Source: a virus. From it: a stretch of DNA of 64,000 nucleotides. The DNA lies in the IMG/VR virus record IMGVR_UViG_3300046674_000362, positions 1-64,000 of that record; one strand, written 5' to 3'. This document shows positions 46,604 through 54,951 of the stretch, piece by piece. The notes beneath the pieces were generated by a model. The model was not told the DNA's origin. It saw only the letters and a program-made list of their open reading frames with translations, and searched no databases. Numbering within the stretch: the first letter of the stretch is position 1; every line of letters starts with the position of its first letter. The translations under genes were made by a program, and so were the position numbers.

Positions 46604-48483
46604 TGTAGGTTCTCCACTCCAACTGTCTCGATCAGCTTTTTCTTGGGATCGCCAGAAAAGCCGTCGATGAAATAGCGCCATGCGTTTGTGAGGCCCGCGT
46701 TGTCGCGGTGTGCGATGGCAAGCAGGGCTCGCACCATGTCGAGGTCGCCGTGGAAGCTGATCGAATCGGGAATCGTCCGCGCGCCGGTTTCGCTGCGCGT
46801 CCCGCCCGTCGAGGCATCCACAAGCAGGAATCCTTTGGCGTTGCGGTTGGTGTCGTACTTACGCAGGACGCCCGAGAACACCTTGTACTCGCCGCTGCTG
46901 CCGACGTACTGCGCTTTGCCGGTGCGGACCTTCCGAAGCGGGTAGGCGTACAGCATTTCCGCAAACAGCGAATCCTGGTCGAGCGTGTCGAACCAGTCAT
47001 CTTTCGTCAGCGGTGCCTTGCCCGCGAGGTAGTCGATGGCACGCCGGTACAGCTCGCCCTCGGTGCGCGCCTGCTCCTGCTTTTCGCCAATCGCGCCCTT
47101 GTGCATGTTCAGCTTCGCATGCATCGCGGGAGTCAGCGGCATGGTGAGATAGCCGGTAATCAGCGCGAACATTTCCGGGTCTTTCGCCGCGAAAATGGCG
47201 GCATCCTTCGGGTTCGCGAGGTACTGGACGCCCATCGACCACACTTCGGTGATGCCATCGCGGTACACCTTGCCGACATAGGCATCCATGAAGTGATCCT
47301 TGTAGGCCACTTCGCGGGTGTCATAGCCCTTGTTGCCGGTCAGGTCGCGCAGGCGGTAGGCTCCCTCGCCCTCGCGGCGCTTCAGCAGGAAGCCGTTCGA
47401 GGCGGCCTTCGCAATCGGATCGTTCTCAAGATGGTGCGCCAGCTCGTGAAACAGCACGGTCTTGTTGAAGCGCGAGCCCAGGTTAATGACCTTCTCGCCC
47501 AGGCGCTCGGTGATGCCGACGGCATTGGCGCGCTTGCCGCCGTCGATGCCGATGCGGATAGCCGATGCCTTGCCGCCTGTCAGGCGGTAGAACTCGGCCA
47601 TATCGCGCACCACGTCATCGGGCTTGTAGCCCAGGCGCTTGAGCTTGGCCTTGGCGTTGTCGTCAATGACTTGCTCGCGCGCCCAGGCGTCCGCCTGCTC
47701 GGCCGTGATCGGCGATGCCTCGGCGATCTTGGTGAGGATCGCGCCCCCGGTTTCGTTGAAAATCGCGGCGTGCTTGGCCGCCCGGTCGGCGTAGAACTTC
47801 TGGTGCAGATCGTTCATGCGGGTCCACGCAGCCGTCTGCTCGTCGTCGTACTTCTGCCAGATCGCATCGCGCTGGCGCACCAACTCGTCAATGTTGGCGC
47901 TGTCCGATTCCATCAGCGCCTTGAGCGCAGCTAGGGCGTCCTTGCGCTGGGCGATGACACGCGCGTAGTCGTCGCGCGCCTTGGCGTATTCCGGGTCGTC
48001 TGCCGGGTGCTTCGTCAGCAGCTCATCGGCATCTGCCACCGTCTTGTTCAGTGCCTCCTGCGTGATGCCGTGCTTGACGCCACGCCCTGCCAGGGTCGTG
48101 AACGCAGCGAGCTTCGCCTCGGGGTCGGCCGGTTTGCGGTTGAGCACGTTCTGGTAGTCCCAAATCTGCTCGGGCAGCATGGTGCCGCCGCTGCCGATGA
48201 GCTGGCCCAGGTCGCTTACCGTCACCAGCTCGAACAGCGCCAGCTCGTCCGGCAGCGCCTTGATGCCAGTTTCGAGGTAGCTTTTCAGCGCCTTGATCGA
48301 CGCATCCTTATCCGCCAGGGAGAATTGCAGCGGCTTCACGGCCGACTCATACCCCAGCATGGCGAGGATTTCGCGCAGCCGGTTGAGGTCGTCAAAGAAC
48401 CCGGACGATTCCTCGTCCAGATTCTTCAGCAGGGCCGCGCCTTCGCCGACGATGGCGAAGAATTCTTCGTGCCCTGCATCCAT
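46600..48483 (-). CDS. Zincin metallopeptidase (MPTase) polyvalent protein, DdrB-like
   Basis: VLFHELAHHLE (HExxH) with downstream TEVWSMG; located in the dar cluster. Confidence 0.75.
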   Translation of the reverse strand: MDAGHEEFFAIVGEGAALLKNLDEESSGFFDDLNRLREILAMLGYESAVKPLQFSLADKDASIKALKSYLETGIKALPDELALFELVTVSDLGQLIGSGGTMLPEQIWDYQNVLNRKPADPEAKLAAFTTLAGRGVKHGITQEALNKTVADADELLTKHPADDPEYAKARDDYARVIAQRKDALAALKALMESDSANIDELVRQRDAIWQKYDDEQTAAWTRMNDLHQKFYADRAAKHAAIFNETGGAILTKIAEASPITAEQADAWAREQVIDDNAKAKLKRLGYKPDDVVRDMAEFYRLTGGKASAIRIGIDGGKRANAVGITERLGEKVINLGSRFNKTVLFHELAHHLENDPIAKAASNGFLLKRREGEGAYRLRDLTGNKGYDTREVAYKDHFMDAYVGKVYRDGITEVWSMGVQYLANPKDAAIFAAKDPEMFALITGYLTMPLTPAMHAKLNMHKGAIGEKQEQARTEGELYRRAIDYLAGKAPLTKDDWFDTLDQDSLFAEMLYAYPLRKVRTGKAQYVGSSGEYKVFSGVLRKYDTNRNAKGFLLVDASTGGTRSETGARTIPDSISFHGDLDMVRALLAIAHRDNAGLTNAWRYFIDGFSGDPKKKLIETVGVENLQ

Positions 48484-51254
48484 TACGCCACCTTCTTCTT
48501 GAATTCAGCCACGAAGAAATTCTTGGCGGCCGTTTTCGCCTGCATGACCAGATCGAGGAAAGCGCCGCTCGGGTCGGTGTAGGTACGCGCCAGAGCCGCG
48601 AGGCGATCCGTCACGCCCTTGTCGTAGAAATCCACGTTACCGGCTGCTGCGGCGGCCAGGAAGTCGCCATCGGCCGATTCCTGGGCTTCCTGCGCCTCTT
48701 TCGCGGCCTTCGCTGCGGCCTCGGCGGTGGCGGCCTCCTGGGCGGCCTTCTCGGCTGCCGGGTCCACGGTCGTGATCGGGACTGCGCCCTCGATCATGGC
48801 GTAAGCCTCGGCCGGGGTCGCGGCCCAGGCGCTACCCGCGCTGCGGCCATCAGCGTACAGCGCCTTGATCGCGCGGAATGGCTTTTCCTTGCTCGGGTTG
48901 ATCTGGAACGCATAGCCATAGCCCACCAACTTCACCAGCTCGCCCAGCTCATTCGCAACGTAGCTGCCCACTTCCGGCAGGTAGTCGTCGGGCAAATCAT
49001 CGGTGCGGCCGACGATGCCATACCAGCCGGGCTTGCCATCGTAGAACGCCTTGGCATCGCTGTAGAGCTTGTCCTTGTGCTCGGTTTTCGGCGGCGCACT
49101 GTTGGCGGTGTCCCAGCCATCGAGCCATTGCGCTTGCTGCCACGGAGCCATATCGGCCGGGGCGATGCGGTCCTGATCGTCAAAGAATGCGCTGCGGCCT
49201 GCCGCGAATGCCGCTTCTTCCATCCTTGCGCGGTCGGCCAGCTCGCCCGCGTTCGGATCGGGGAATTCGCCGGTTGCGAAATACACGCTGGCGGCGTTCT
49301 CGGCGTCGCCTTCGCTCAGGTAGGCCGGGCTGATCGGGTTATCATTCTTGACGCTGGCGACGCGCCACGTACCTTGCGCCTCGTTTTTCTGCACATAGAA
49401 CTTGTCGCGCCACGTCGGCTCAGGCTCTTGCTCTTGCTCTTGCTCTTGCTCCGCAACGAATTTGCCCTTGAACGCCTTGAGCTTGTTCGCGTTGCCCGGC
49501 CCCAAGTCCGGCCGGAATGCTTCGACAATGGCCTTGCCTTCCGGCGTGATGGCGCTGCGCTTGAGGTACTTGCTCGCCGCATTCAGGCCCGCCGCCGCTT
49601 CGGTGTACTCTGCCTCTCCGATCCCGGCGTCGCTCATGGCGTTTTGCAGACGGGCGAACGACTTGAACGAAGCCGTTGCGATCAGTACGACCATTTCCGC
49701 ATCGGTCAACGCGGCCGCTTTCGGACGGTCCTCGCGCTCCAGAACTGCCACCACGTCAGCGATGTTTTCGAGTGAGTACCGTACCGCCGTCTGCATCCTT
49801 TCTTCCGGCCTCGGGACGCTGCCCGCATCCTCCGTCTTGCTGCCATCGCTGACGTTCGCATACAGGCGCGTGAAGTCCGCGCCCTCATGCGGCTTCCTGA
49901 TTTCGAGCGTAGCGGTATAGCCGCCGTCAATGGCAATCATTGCGCTCGTATCGTCGCCCGAGGTCAGCGCATAGCCTTCCGGTAGTTGGCGCTCAATTTC
50001 AGCGCGCAGGGACAGGGCAGGGTCCGGCTGCGGCAGCGGGTCCGAGTCGGTCAGTCCTGCGGCGTCGCGCGAAGCCTGGGCGGCGGCCACCTGCTGCTCC
50101 AGATCGGCCAGCGTCGCCTCCTTCGTTTCCAGCTCGGTTTTCAGGCTGGCGATGGTTTCCATGCGCTCGGCGCGCTTGCCGTTGGCGGCGATGAAGCGGG
50201 CGCTGTTCTTCTCGGCCAGCATCATCAGGCGCGCGGCCACGGTGCGCACGTTCAGGTCGCGGCCCTTTTCCGGCGCGACGGCCACGGTGATGTCTTTCTT
50301 GTTGAGCATCCACTTCCACGAAATGACATCATCGCCGGGCGCGATCTTCCGGGGCGTCACGTCCGGGTTGTGGAAGAACACCGACACGGTTTGGCCGTCG
50401 GTCAGCTCGTAGATCACGGCGACGTTGGTCGAGCCGCGCTGGGTGAACGGCTCGCTGACCTGCATCGAGGCCACCTTTACGGCGTCGCCCGCGCGGTCCA
50501 GCACCTTCTGCAACAGCGTCATGCGCTGCTCCAGGCGCGCGAGCGGGATCACCAGCGCATCCAGCGCCAGCACGCCGTCGGCATCGCCGAGGATGTCCGC
50601 CATGCTTACGGCGTCGAACAGCAGCCCGTCGTCGCCGTCATGTGCGCGCAGGCGGTAAAGCACCTGCTCCAGTGTCGAGTGCAGCGGCAAGTTAGCGCTG
50701 TCCCAAAGTACCTTTTCCATTTCGTCCGTTCCTTCGTTGGGGAGTTGATCTTGGGTGAGGGGGCGCGTCTTGTTGCCGTGCGCGATCCACCATTTGAGTT
50801 GCGTGATCGAGCACGCGGCGCAGCTTCCCAGGCCGGTCCAGCCGGGATCGTAGTTGCTCAGGTATCCAGCGACGGCGGTGCGCTTGTCGGGGAACCCCAG
50901 CATGATTTTGTGCTCATCGAACTTGCCGCCGATGAACTGGTTCACCACGTAGACGCGCGGCGACTCGGGCATCGGCCCGATGCTGCAATCCAGCTCGTCA
51001 CCATCGTTGCCCAGGGTGCCCATGATGTAGCCATAGTGGAACTTCATCAGGTTGCTGCCGCTGGTGCCGTCGGCCGCCTTCCAGTGGCGCAGCGTGCCGC
51101 GCGGCGATTCGATGGCGATGCGCAGGCCATGCAGGGACTCCCGCCCCTTGGCGTAGTTGCCCGCTTCGTTCTGTGCAGCCGTCGAGGCGCGCTTGTGGTT
51201 GTGTCCGTTCGCACCAGAGTGCGCGGCAATGTCGAGGTTGGCGAATTTATCCAT
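48483..51254 (-). CDS. darA: DarA-like polyvalent protein: inorganic-pyrophosphatase-like domain, DarA-N, variable region, DarA-C
   Basis: AGNYAKG...IESPRG...HYGYI.GT.G.DGDELD...FDEHKIMLGF (PPase-like); LTDGQTVSVFFHNPD...ISWKWMLNKKDITVAVAPE (DarA-N). Confidence 0.82.
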   Translation of the reverse strand: MDKFANLDIAAHSGANGHNHKRASTAAQNEAGNYAKGRESLHGLRIAIESPRGTLRHWKAADGTSGSNLMKFHYGYIMGTLGNDGDELDCSIGPMPESPRVYVVNQFIGGKFDEHKIMLGFPDKRTAVAGYLSNYDPGWTGLGSCAACSITQLKWWIAHGNKTRPLTQDQLPNEGTDEMEKVLWDSANLPLHSTLEQVLYRLRAHDGDDGLLFDAVSMADILGDADGVLALDALVIPLARLEQRMTLLQKVLDRAGDAVKVASMQVSEPFTQRGSTNVAVIYELTDGQTVSVFFHNPDVTPRKIAPGDDVISWKWMLNKKDITVAVAPEKGRDLNVRTVAARLMMLAEKNSARFIAANGKRAERMETIASLKTELETKEATLADLEQQVAAAQASRDAAGLTDSDPLPQPDPALSLRAEIERQLPEGYALTSGDDTSAMIAIDGGYTATLEIRKPHEGADFTRLYANVSDGSKTEDAGSVPRPEERMQTAVRYSLENIADVVAVLEREDRPKAAALTDAEMVVLIATASFKSFARLQNAMSDAGIGEAEYTEAAAGLNAASKYLKRSAITPEGKAIVEAFRPDLGPGNANKLKAFKGKFVAEQEQEQEQEPEPTWRDKFYVQKNEAQGTWRVASVKNDNPISPAYLSEGDAENAASVYFATGEFPDPNAGELADRARMEEAAFAAGRSAFFDDQDRIAPADMAPWQQAQWLDGWDTANSAPPKTEHKDKLYSDAKAFYDGKPGWYGIVGRTDDLPDDYLPEVGSYVANELGELVKLVGYGYAFQINPSKEKPFRAIKALYADGRSAGSAWAATPAEAYAMIEGAVPITTVDPAAEKAAQEAATAEAAAKAAKEAQEAQESADGDFLAAAAAGNVDFYDKGVTDRLAALARTYTDPSGAFLDLVMQAKTAAKNFFVAEFKKKVA

Positions 51255-51260
51255 CCCCCC

Positions 51261-51302
51261 ATTGTCAGGGCCGGGGTGAGGCCGGGTGCGGCGGGTTTTC
51301 CT
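51261..51302 (-). promoter_or_regulatory. Late promoter element for the darA operon
   Basis: AGGAAAA-N29-GACAAT. Confidence 0.8.
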
Positions 51303-51316
51303 GATGATACGAAACC

Positions 51317-51357
51317 GCTTGACGGCTCTTATTGTGAGCGCATACAATGTGAATCAT
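51317..51357 (+). promoter_or_regulatory. Early promoter with operator (copy 2 of 3)
   Basis: GCTTGACG-gctctt-ATTGTGAGCGCA-TACAAT-gtGAATCAT. Confidence 0.85.
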
Positions 51358-51377
51358 ACGAACACACGGAGGGTTTC

Positions 51378-52304
51378 ATGGCTGCTGAATTCTTTGGAAA
51401 TTGCCAGATTTGCGGGCGCGAACAGAAAGCCCACCCGCACAAGATCGCCAAGCATGGCTACACCGTGCAATACGGCTGGCAGTCAGGCGAGTGCTACGGA
51501 TCGAACGGTGCGCCGATCCAAACGAGCTGCGACCTGATCGCTCGCGCTGTCGAGAGGGCGAAAGAGTACATCAAGCGCTCGCAGGAGGAAATCACTCGCC
51601 TGAACAGTGCAAACCCGCTGGGCGATAACGGCACCATCCTCGTCGTGATGAAGGTCCAGGGCATTGGTGGCAGCACGTATAACGACTGGTGCCCGGCAAC
51701 CGTTGTCCAGAATGATGCAGGCGATTACGAGGTACGCAACCACAACAGTAAGACCGTCGCTACTCTCCGCAGCTACAACTACGACACCCTGAGCGATGCA
51801 ATCAAGATGCTGGCCGGTCGCCGCGCCCGCTATCTGGTCGAAACAATCGGAGTGGCCGAGCAAAGCATCAAGGAAATGACGGCCCGCCTAACGAACTGGA
51901 AGCCTACCGAGCTGCGCCCAGTGACGGCCACCGACCGCGCCGCGACCGCGATCAAGGTTCACATGGTCGCCACCAAGTTCGGCCGCAAGACCGGCGTGTG
52001 CGTCGCCTCGGCATCTGGCGCGCAGGCTTACAAGCAGACCACCGACGACCGCTCGAAAGTCACTTGCGCGGCCTGCCTGAAGGAGCTGGCCCGTCTGGAC
52101 GATCTGCCGCGCCTGAGGGCCGAGAAAGCCGAGAAAGAACGCCTTGCTGACATCAAGCGAGCCGAGCGCGAAATCAAGGACTACACCAAGTACCTGAAGA
52201 ACGCGACGACCGAGGCCGACAAGCTGTACTACGCTCGCGAACTGACCGAGGCCACCAACCGCCTGAACGAACTCAAGGCCGCCGCCCCAGCCGCCGCCCA
52301 GTAA
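51378..52304 (+). CDS. Early protein with two putative Zn-binding sites and coiled coils
   Basis: GGAGG RBS; CQICGR...HGY...C; C...TCAAC. This is the real C-terminal part of track ORF 49986-52304. Confidence 0.8.
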   Translation: MAAEFFGNCQICGREQKAHPHKIAKHGYTVQYGWQSGECYGSNGAPIQTSCDLIARAVERAKEYIKRSQEEITRLNSANPLGDNGTILVVMKVQGIGGSTYNDWCPATVVQNDAGDYEVRNHNSKTVATLRSYNYDTLSDAIKMLAGRRARYLVETIGVAEQSIKEMTARLTNWKPTELRPVTATDRAATAIKVHMVATKFGRKTGVCVASASGAQAYKQTTDDRSKVTCAACLKELARLDDLPRLRAEKAEKERLADIKRAEREIKDYTKYLKNATTEADKLYYARELTEATNRLNELKAAAPAAAQ

Positions 52305-52311
52305 TGCAACA

Positions 52312-52330
52312 CGGCCGGGAATCCCCGGCC
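52312..52330 (+). terminator. Hairpin between early genes
   Basis: GGCCGGG-aatc-CCCGGCC; no U-tract on the + strand. Confidence 0.4.
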
Positions 52331-52336
52331 AAAACT

Positions 52337-52377
52337 GCTTGACGCTCGCATATGTGAGCGCGTACAATCCGATTCAT
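52337..52377 (+). promoter_or_regulatory. Early promoter with operator (copy 3 of 3)
   Basis: GCTTGACG-ctcgca-TATGTGAGCGCG-TACAAT-ccGATTCAT. Confidence 0.85.
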
Positions 52378-52397
52378 CAACAACAGGGAGGGTCGCC

Positions 52398-52964
52398 ATG
52401 CTGGAAATCAAGTCGAACGCACCGGAAATCAAATGGATCATCGGCAACGCCGGAACCAATGACTTCGCCCGCTCGCTGGACCAGCAATTGCAGCGCAGCG
52501 GCAACCTCACCGAAAACCAAGTCGCGGCCGTCACCCGCATCCTCGCGCGCCAGTCGGCCGCCCCGGTTGCTACTGCCGCTGTCGCCGCCGTCGGCGCTGG
52601 CGTCGAGGCGATGCAAACCGCATTCGCCACGGCCACCGGCAACGGCTTGAAGCGCCCGAAAATGCGCCTTGGTGACTTCGTGCTCAAGCTGGCCCCGGCC
52701 ACCGGCCGCAACGCTGGCGCGATCTACGTCACCGCCGCCGACGAATACCTGGGCAAGATCGCCGACGGCCAATTCACCGCCTCGCGCGACTGCGACGCCA
52801 CCAAGCAGGCCGAAATCATCGCCCTGTGCGCCAACCCGGTCGAGTCGGCCATTGCCTACGGCAAGCGTACCGGCATCTGCGCCTGCTGCGGCCGCGAGCT
52901 GACCGACCCGGAATCCATCGAGCGCGGCATCGGCCCGATCTGCGCTGCGAAATACGGCTTCTAA
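52398..52964 (+). CDS. DUF6011-family Zn-finger protein
   Basis: YG..TG.CACCGRELTDPESIERGIGPICA. Confidence 0.88.
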   Translation: MLEIKSNAPEIKWIIGNAGTNDFARSLDQQLQRSGNLTENQVAAVTRILARQSAAPVATAAVAAVGAGVEAMQTAFATATGNGLKRPKMRLGDFVLKLAPATGRNAGAIYVTAADEYLGKIADGQFTASRDCDATKQAEIIALCANPVESAIAYGKRTGICACCGRELTDPESIERGIGPICAAKYGF

Positions 52965-52985
52965 CCACAAACTCATAGGGAAAAC

Positions 52986-53219
52986 ATGGCATCCATGACT
53001 TTTAGACCGCGCTTCACTGTTGAACTCGATAGCCCCGAAATGCGCCTCGTCATCCTCGCCCTTACCGGCCGGATCGACTTCAAGCACGAAAATGGGAAGG
53101 ATCAGGCCGCCGCAATCGAGCTGGGCAACCAGTTGTTCGCTGCACGCGCCCAGCAGACCAGCGACTACGGCAAGGCCCACCAGCCGAAGCCGGATCAGCC
53201 CGCCCAGGAGGGTGCATGA
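52986..53219 (+). CDS. Small hypothetical early protein
   Basis: RBS present; coupled to the next gene. Confidence 0.7.
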   Translation: MASMTFRPRFTVELDSPEMRLVILALTGRIDFKHENGKDQAAAIELGNQLFAARAQQTSDYGKAHQPKPDQPAQEGA

Positions 53220-53521
53220 GCTACATCGAAACCCCAGGCGTCACGGCCACCATTCCGCGCGAGCTGGCCCCCGTCATCGAATACCTGCAATACGTGCCTC
53301 ACGGTACGCCGACGACGGCCTACAACGAAACCCGCCGCGTGATGATCGCCTATACGATCATGCTGGCCGTGGCCCACGCCCGCGAGCGCATCGTGCTCGA
53401 CTCCGACCTGAAAACGCTGGTGCCGAAGCACCTGCGCGATGAGGCGATGGTGCGCGCTGTAGAGCATGGCCTGTTGCGGCGCACGGAATGGCGCGGCAAG
53501 CCCGCTTGGCAATCCGTCTGA
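53216..53521 (+). CDS. Small hypothetical early protein
   Basis: GGAGG RBS; ATGA overlap. Confidence 0.7.
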   Translation: MSYIETPGVTATIPRELAPVIEYLQYVPHGTPTTAYNETRRVMIAYTIMLAVAHARERIVLDSDLKTLVPKHLRDEAMVRAVEHGLLRRTEWRGKPAWQSV

Positions 53522-53540
53522 ATCTCACAAGGAAACCAAC

Positions 53541-54041
53541 GTGCAAAAACCTCCCAATCTGGACGGCCTGCCGCACCTCTCGGCCGCGATGAGCTACCGC
53601 AGCACCACCGGGCAAAATACCTGCGTCCAGCGCGCGGCGGCCCTGATGCTGGACCTGACCGGCGCGGTGCTGGTATTCGGCGTAGTGCGCGCGGCCACGC
53701 CCGAGGAACGGGCCAAGATCGGCCCGACAGCCTCGCCGGTCCCGTTCATCCACGCCTGGGTAGAATACCGGGACGAGGTGTACGCCCCGACGCTGATCGA
53801 GAGATTCGGCGATCTGCGCCCGCTGCCGCTGGACTTGTACTATTCGGAGAACGGCGTTGAGCGGACGTGGCGACTCGAACACAAGGCATTCATGCTGGTT
53901 GCGCGCCGCTACCGCCTGTCGTCCGCCTTCCGGCATAACAGCGACCGCGCAGGCCACGCCGACGTTGCCGACGCCCTGCTGCGCGCGGCAGGCGTCAAGT
54001 ACGTGCTGAGCGAGCGCCGCACGCTCCTTCCTGCATCATAA
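53541..54041 (+). CDS. Transglutaminase/papain-like Cys-His protein
   Basis: AAGGA RBS with GTG start; NTCVQRA...FIHAWVE...VYAPT. Confidence 0.6.
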   Translation: MQKPPNLDGLPHLSAAMSYRSTTGQNTCVQRAAALMLDLTGAVLVFGVVRAATPEERAKIGPTASPVPFIHAWVEYRDEVYAPTLIERFGDLRPLPLDLYYSENGVERTWRLEHKAFMLVARRYRLSSAFRHNSDRAGHADVADALLRAAGVKYVLSERRTLLPAS

Positions 54042-54060
54042 TCACCACCGGAGAACCGCA

Positions 54061-54339
54061 ATGGCGAAATACGACCGCTACACCTATGAGAAGAAGCGCC
54101 CCATGAGCGCCAACCCGATCTGTGTCTATGGCTGGGGCACCTACCCGGCAAGCTCCGTCCTGGCCGGGCAGGCGATGAAGTGCTTCATCGACAGCTTCCC
54201 CGATGTCGAGGCGGCACTCAAGGAATACCCGACTGCCACCGCCAGCAGCAAATACACCGAGCCGCAAGTGAGCCTCAACCACCTGCCGGGCGAGGATGAC
54301 CCGGTGCCGGGCGGCATGTACCCGGATGACATCGACTGA
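54061..54339 (+). CDS. Small hypothetical early protein with acidic tail
   Basis: GGAG RBS; ends YPDDID. Confidence 0.75.
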   Translation: MAKYDRYTYEKKRPMSANPICVYGWGTYPASSVLAGQAMKCFIDSFPDVEAALKEYPTATASSKYTEPQVSLNHLPGEDDPVPGGMYPDDID

Positions 54340-54355
54340 CCAAGGAGAACCACCC

Positions 54356-54550
54356 ATGCTTGTACGACTCACCAATGGCGCGAACAGCTACGCGCATATC
54401 TCGAAGAACGGCAAGGAGCTGGACGTGCTGCTGACGCCGGGCCGGACCCCGGCCGAATCGCTGCGCGCCAGTGCCCAGGAAATGCGCGATCAGGCCGCGC
54501 GCCTCACTGAGCGCGCCGAGCTGGTCGAGCTGGCCGCCGAGCGAATCTGA
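54356..54550 (+). CDS. Small hypothetical early protein
   Basis: AAGGAG RBS before ATG 54356. Confidence 0.7.
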   Translation: MLVRLTNGANSYAHISKNGKELDVLLTPGRTPAESLRASAQEMRDQAARLTERAELVELAAERI

Positions 54551-54927
54551 TGAGCACACCCGATTTCGAGGCCATCAAGGCGATACTGGACGCGGCGTGC
54601 TACCGCCCGGACCAGTCGCCGGATGAGTACCTGACCCTGCTCGGCCGCGTCCTGGCGGAAACTCGCGACCGCGAGCGCGCCGCGCGGCTGGCAAAATTCG
54701 GCGCACAGTTCAAGCCCGCAGGCCAGCCGGTCGAGGAATCGGCCGCACAGCACCAGTTTCAGCCCTGCCAGCAGGTTTTTACCGCCGAGGGGTATCTCGG
54801 CTACATCGCCGGGCACGATGCGAGCGGGAAGGCCATCGTCAACGTCGTATGGGAGGCGGCCGAGTACGATGAATCGAAGCTGACCGCGATCCCCGGCCCG
54901 GCCGTGCTGGACACGATGCGGACGTAA
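54550..54927 (+). CDS. Hypothetical early protein
   Basis: TGATG coupling. Confidence 0.7.
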   Translation: MSTPDFEAIKAILDAACYRPDQSPDEYLTLLGRVLAETRDRERAARLAKFGAQFKPAGQPVEESAAQHQFQPCQQVFTAEGYLGYIAGHDASGKAIVNVVWEAAEYDESKLTAIPGPAVLDTMRT

Positions 54928-54951
54928 CACCAGATTTTGAAAGAATAGAAG

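Noticed and set aside
49425-49451. (CTCTTG)n repeat in darA as a phase-variation switch
   Set aside because: The 6-bp unit keeps the frame and only encodes a QE linker.
49986-51377. N-terminal 464 aa of track ORF 49986-52304
   Set aside because: Antisense to darA and runs across two promoters; the real gene starts at ATG 51378 after a GGAGG RBS.
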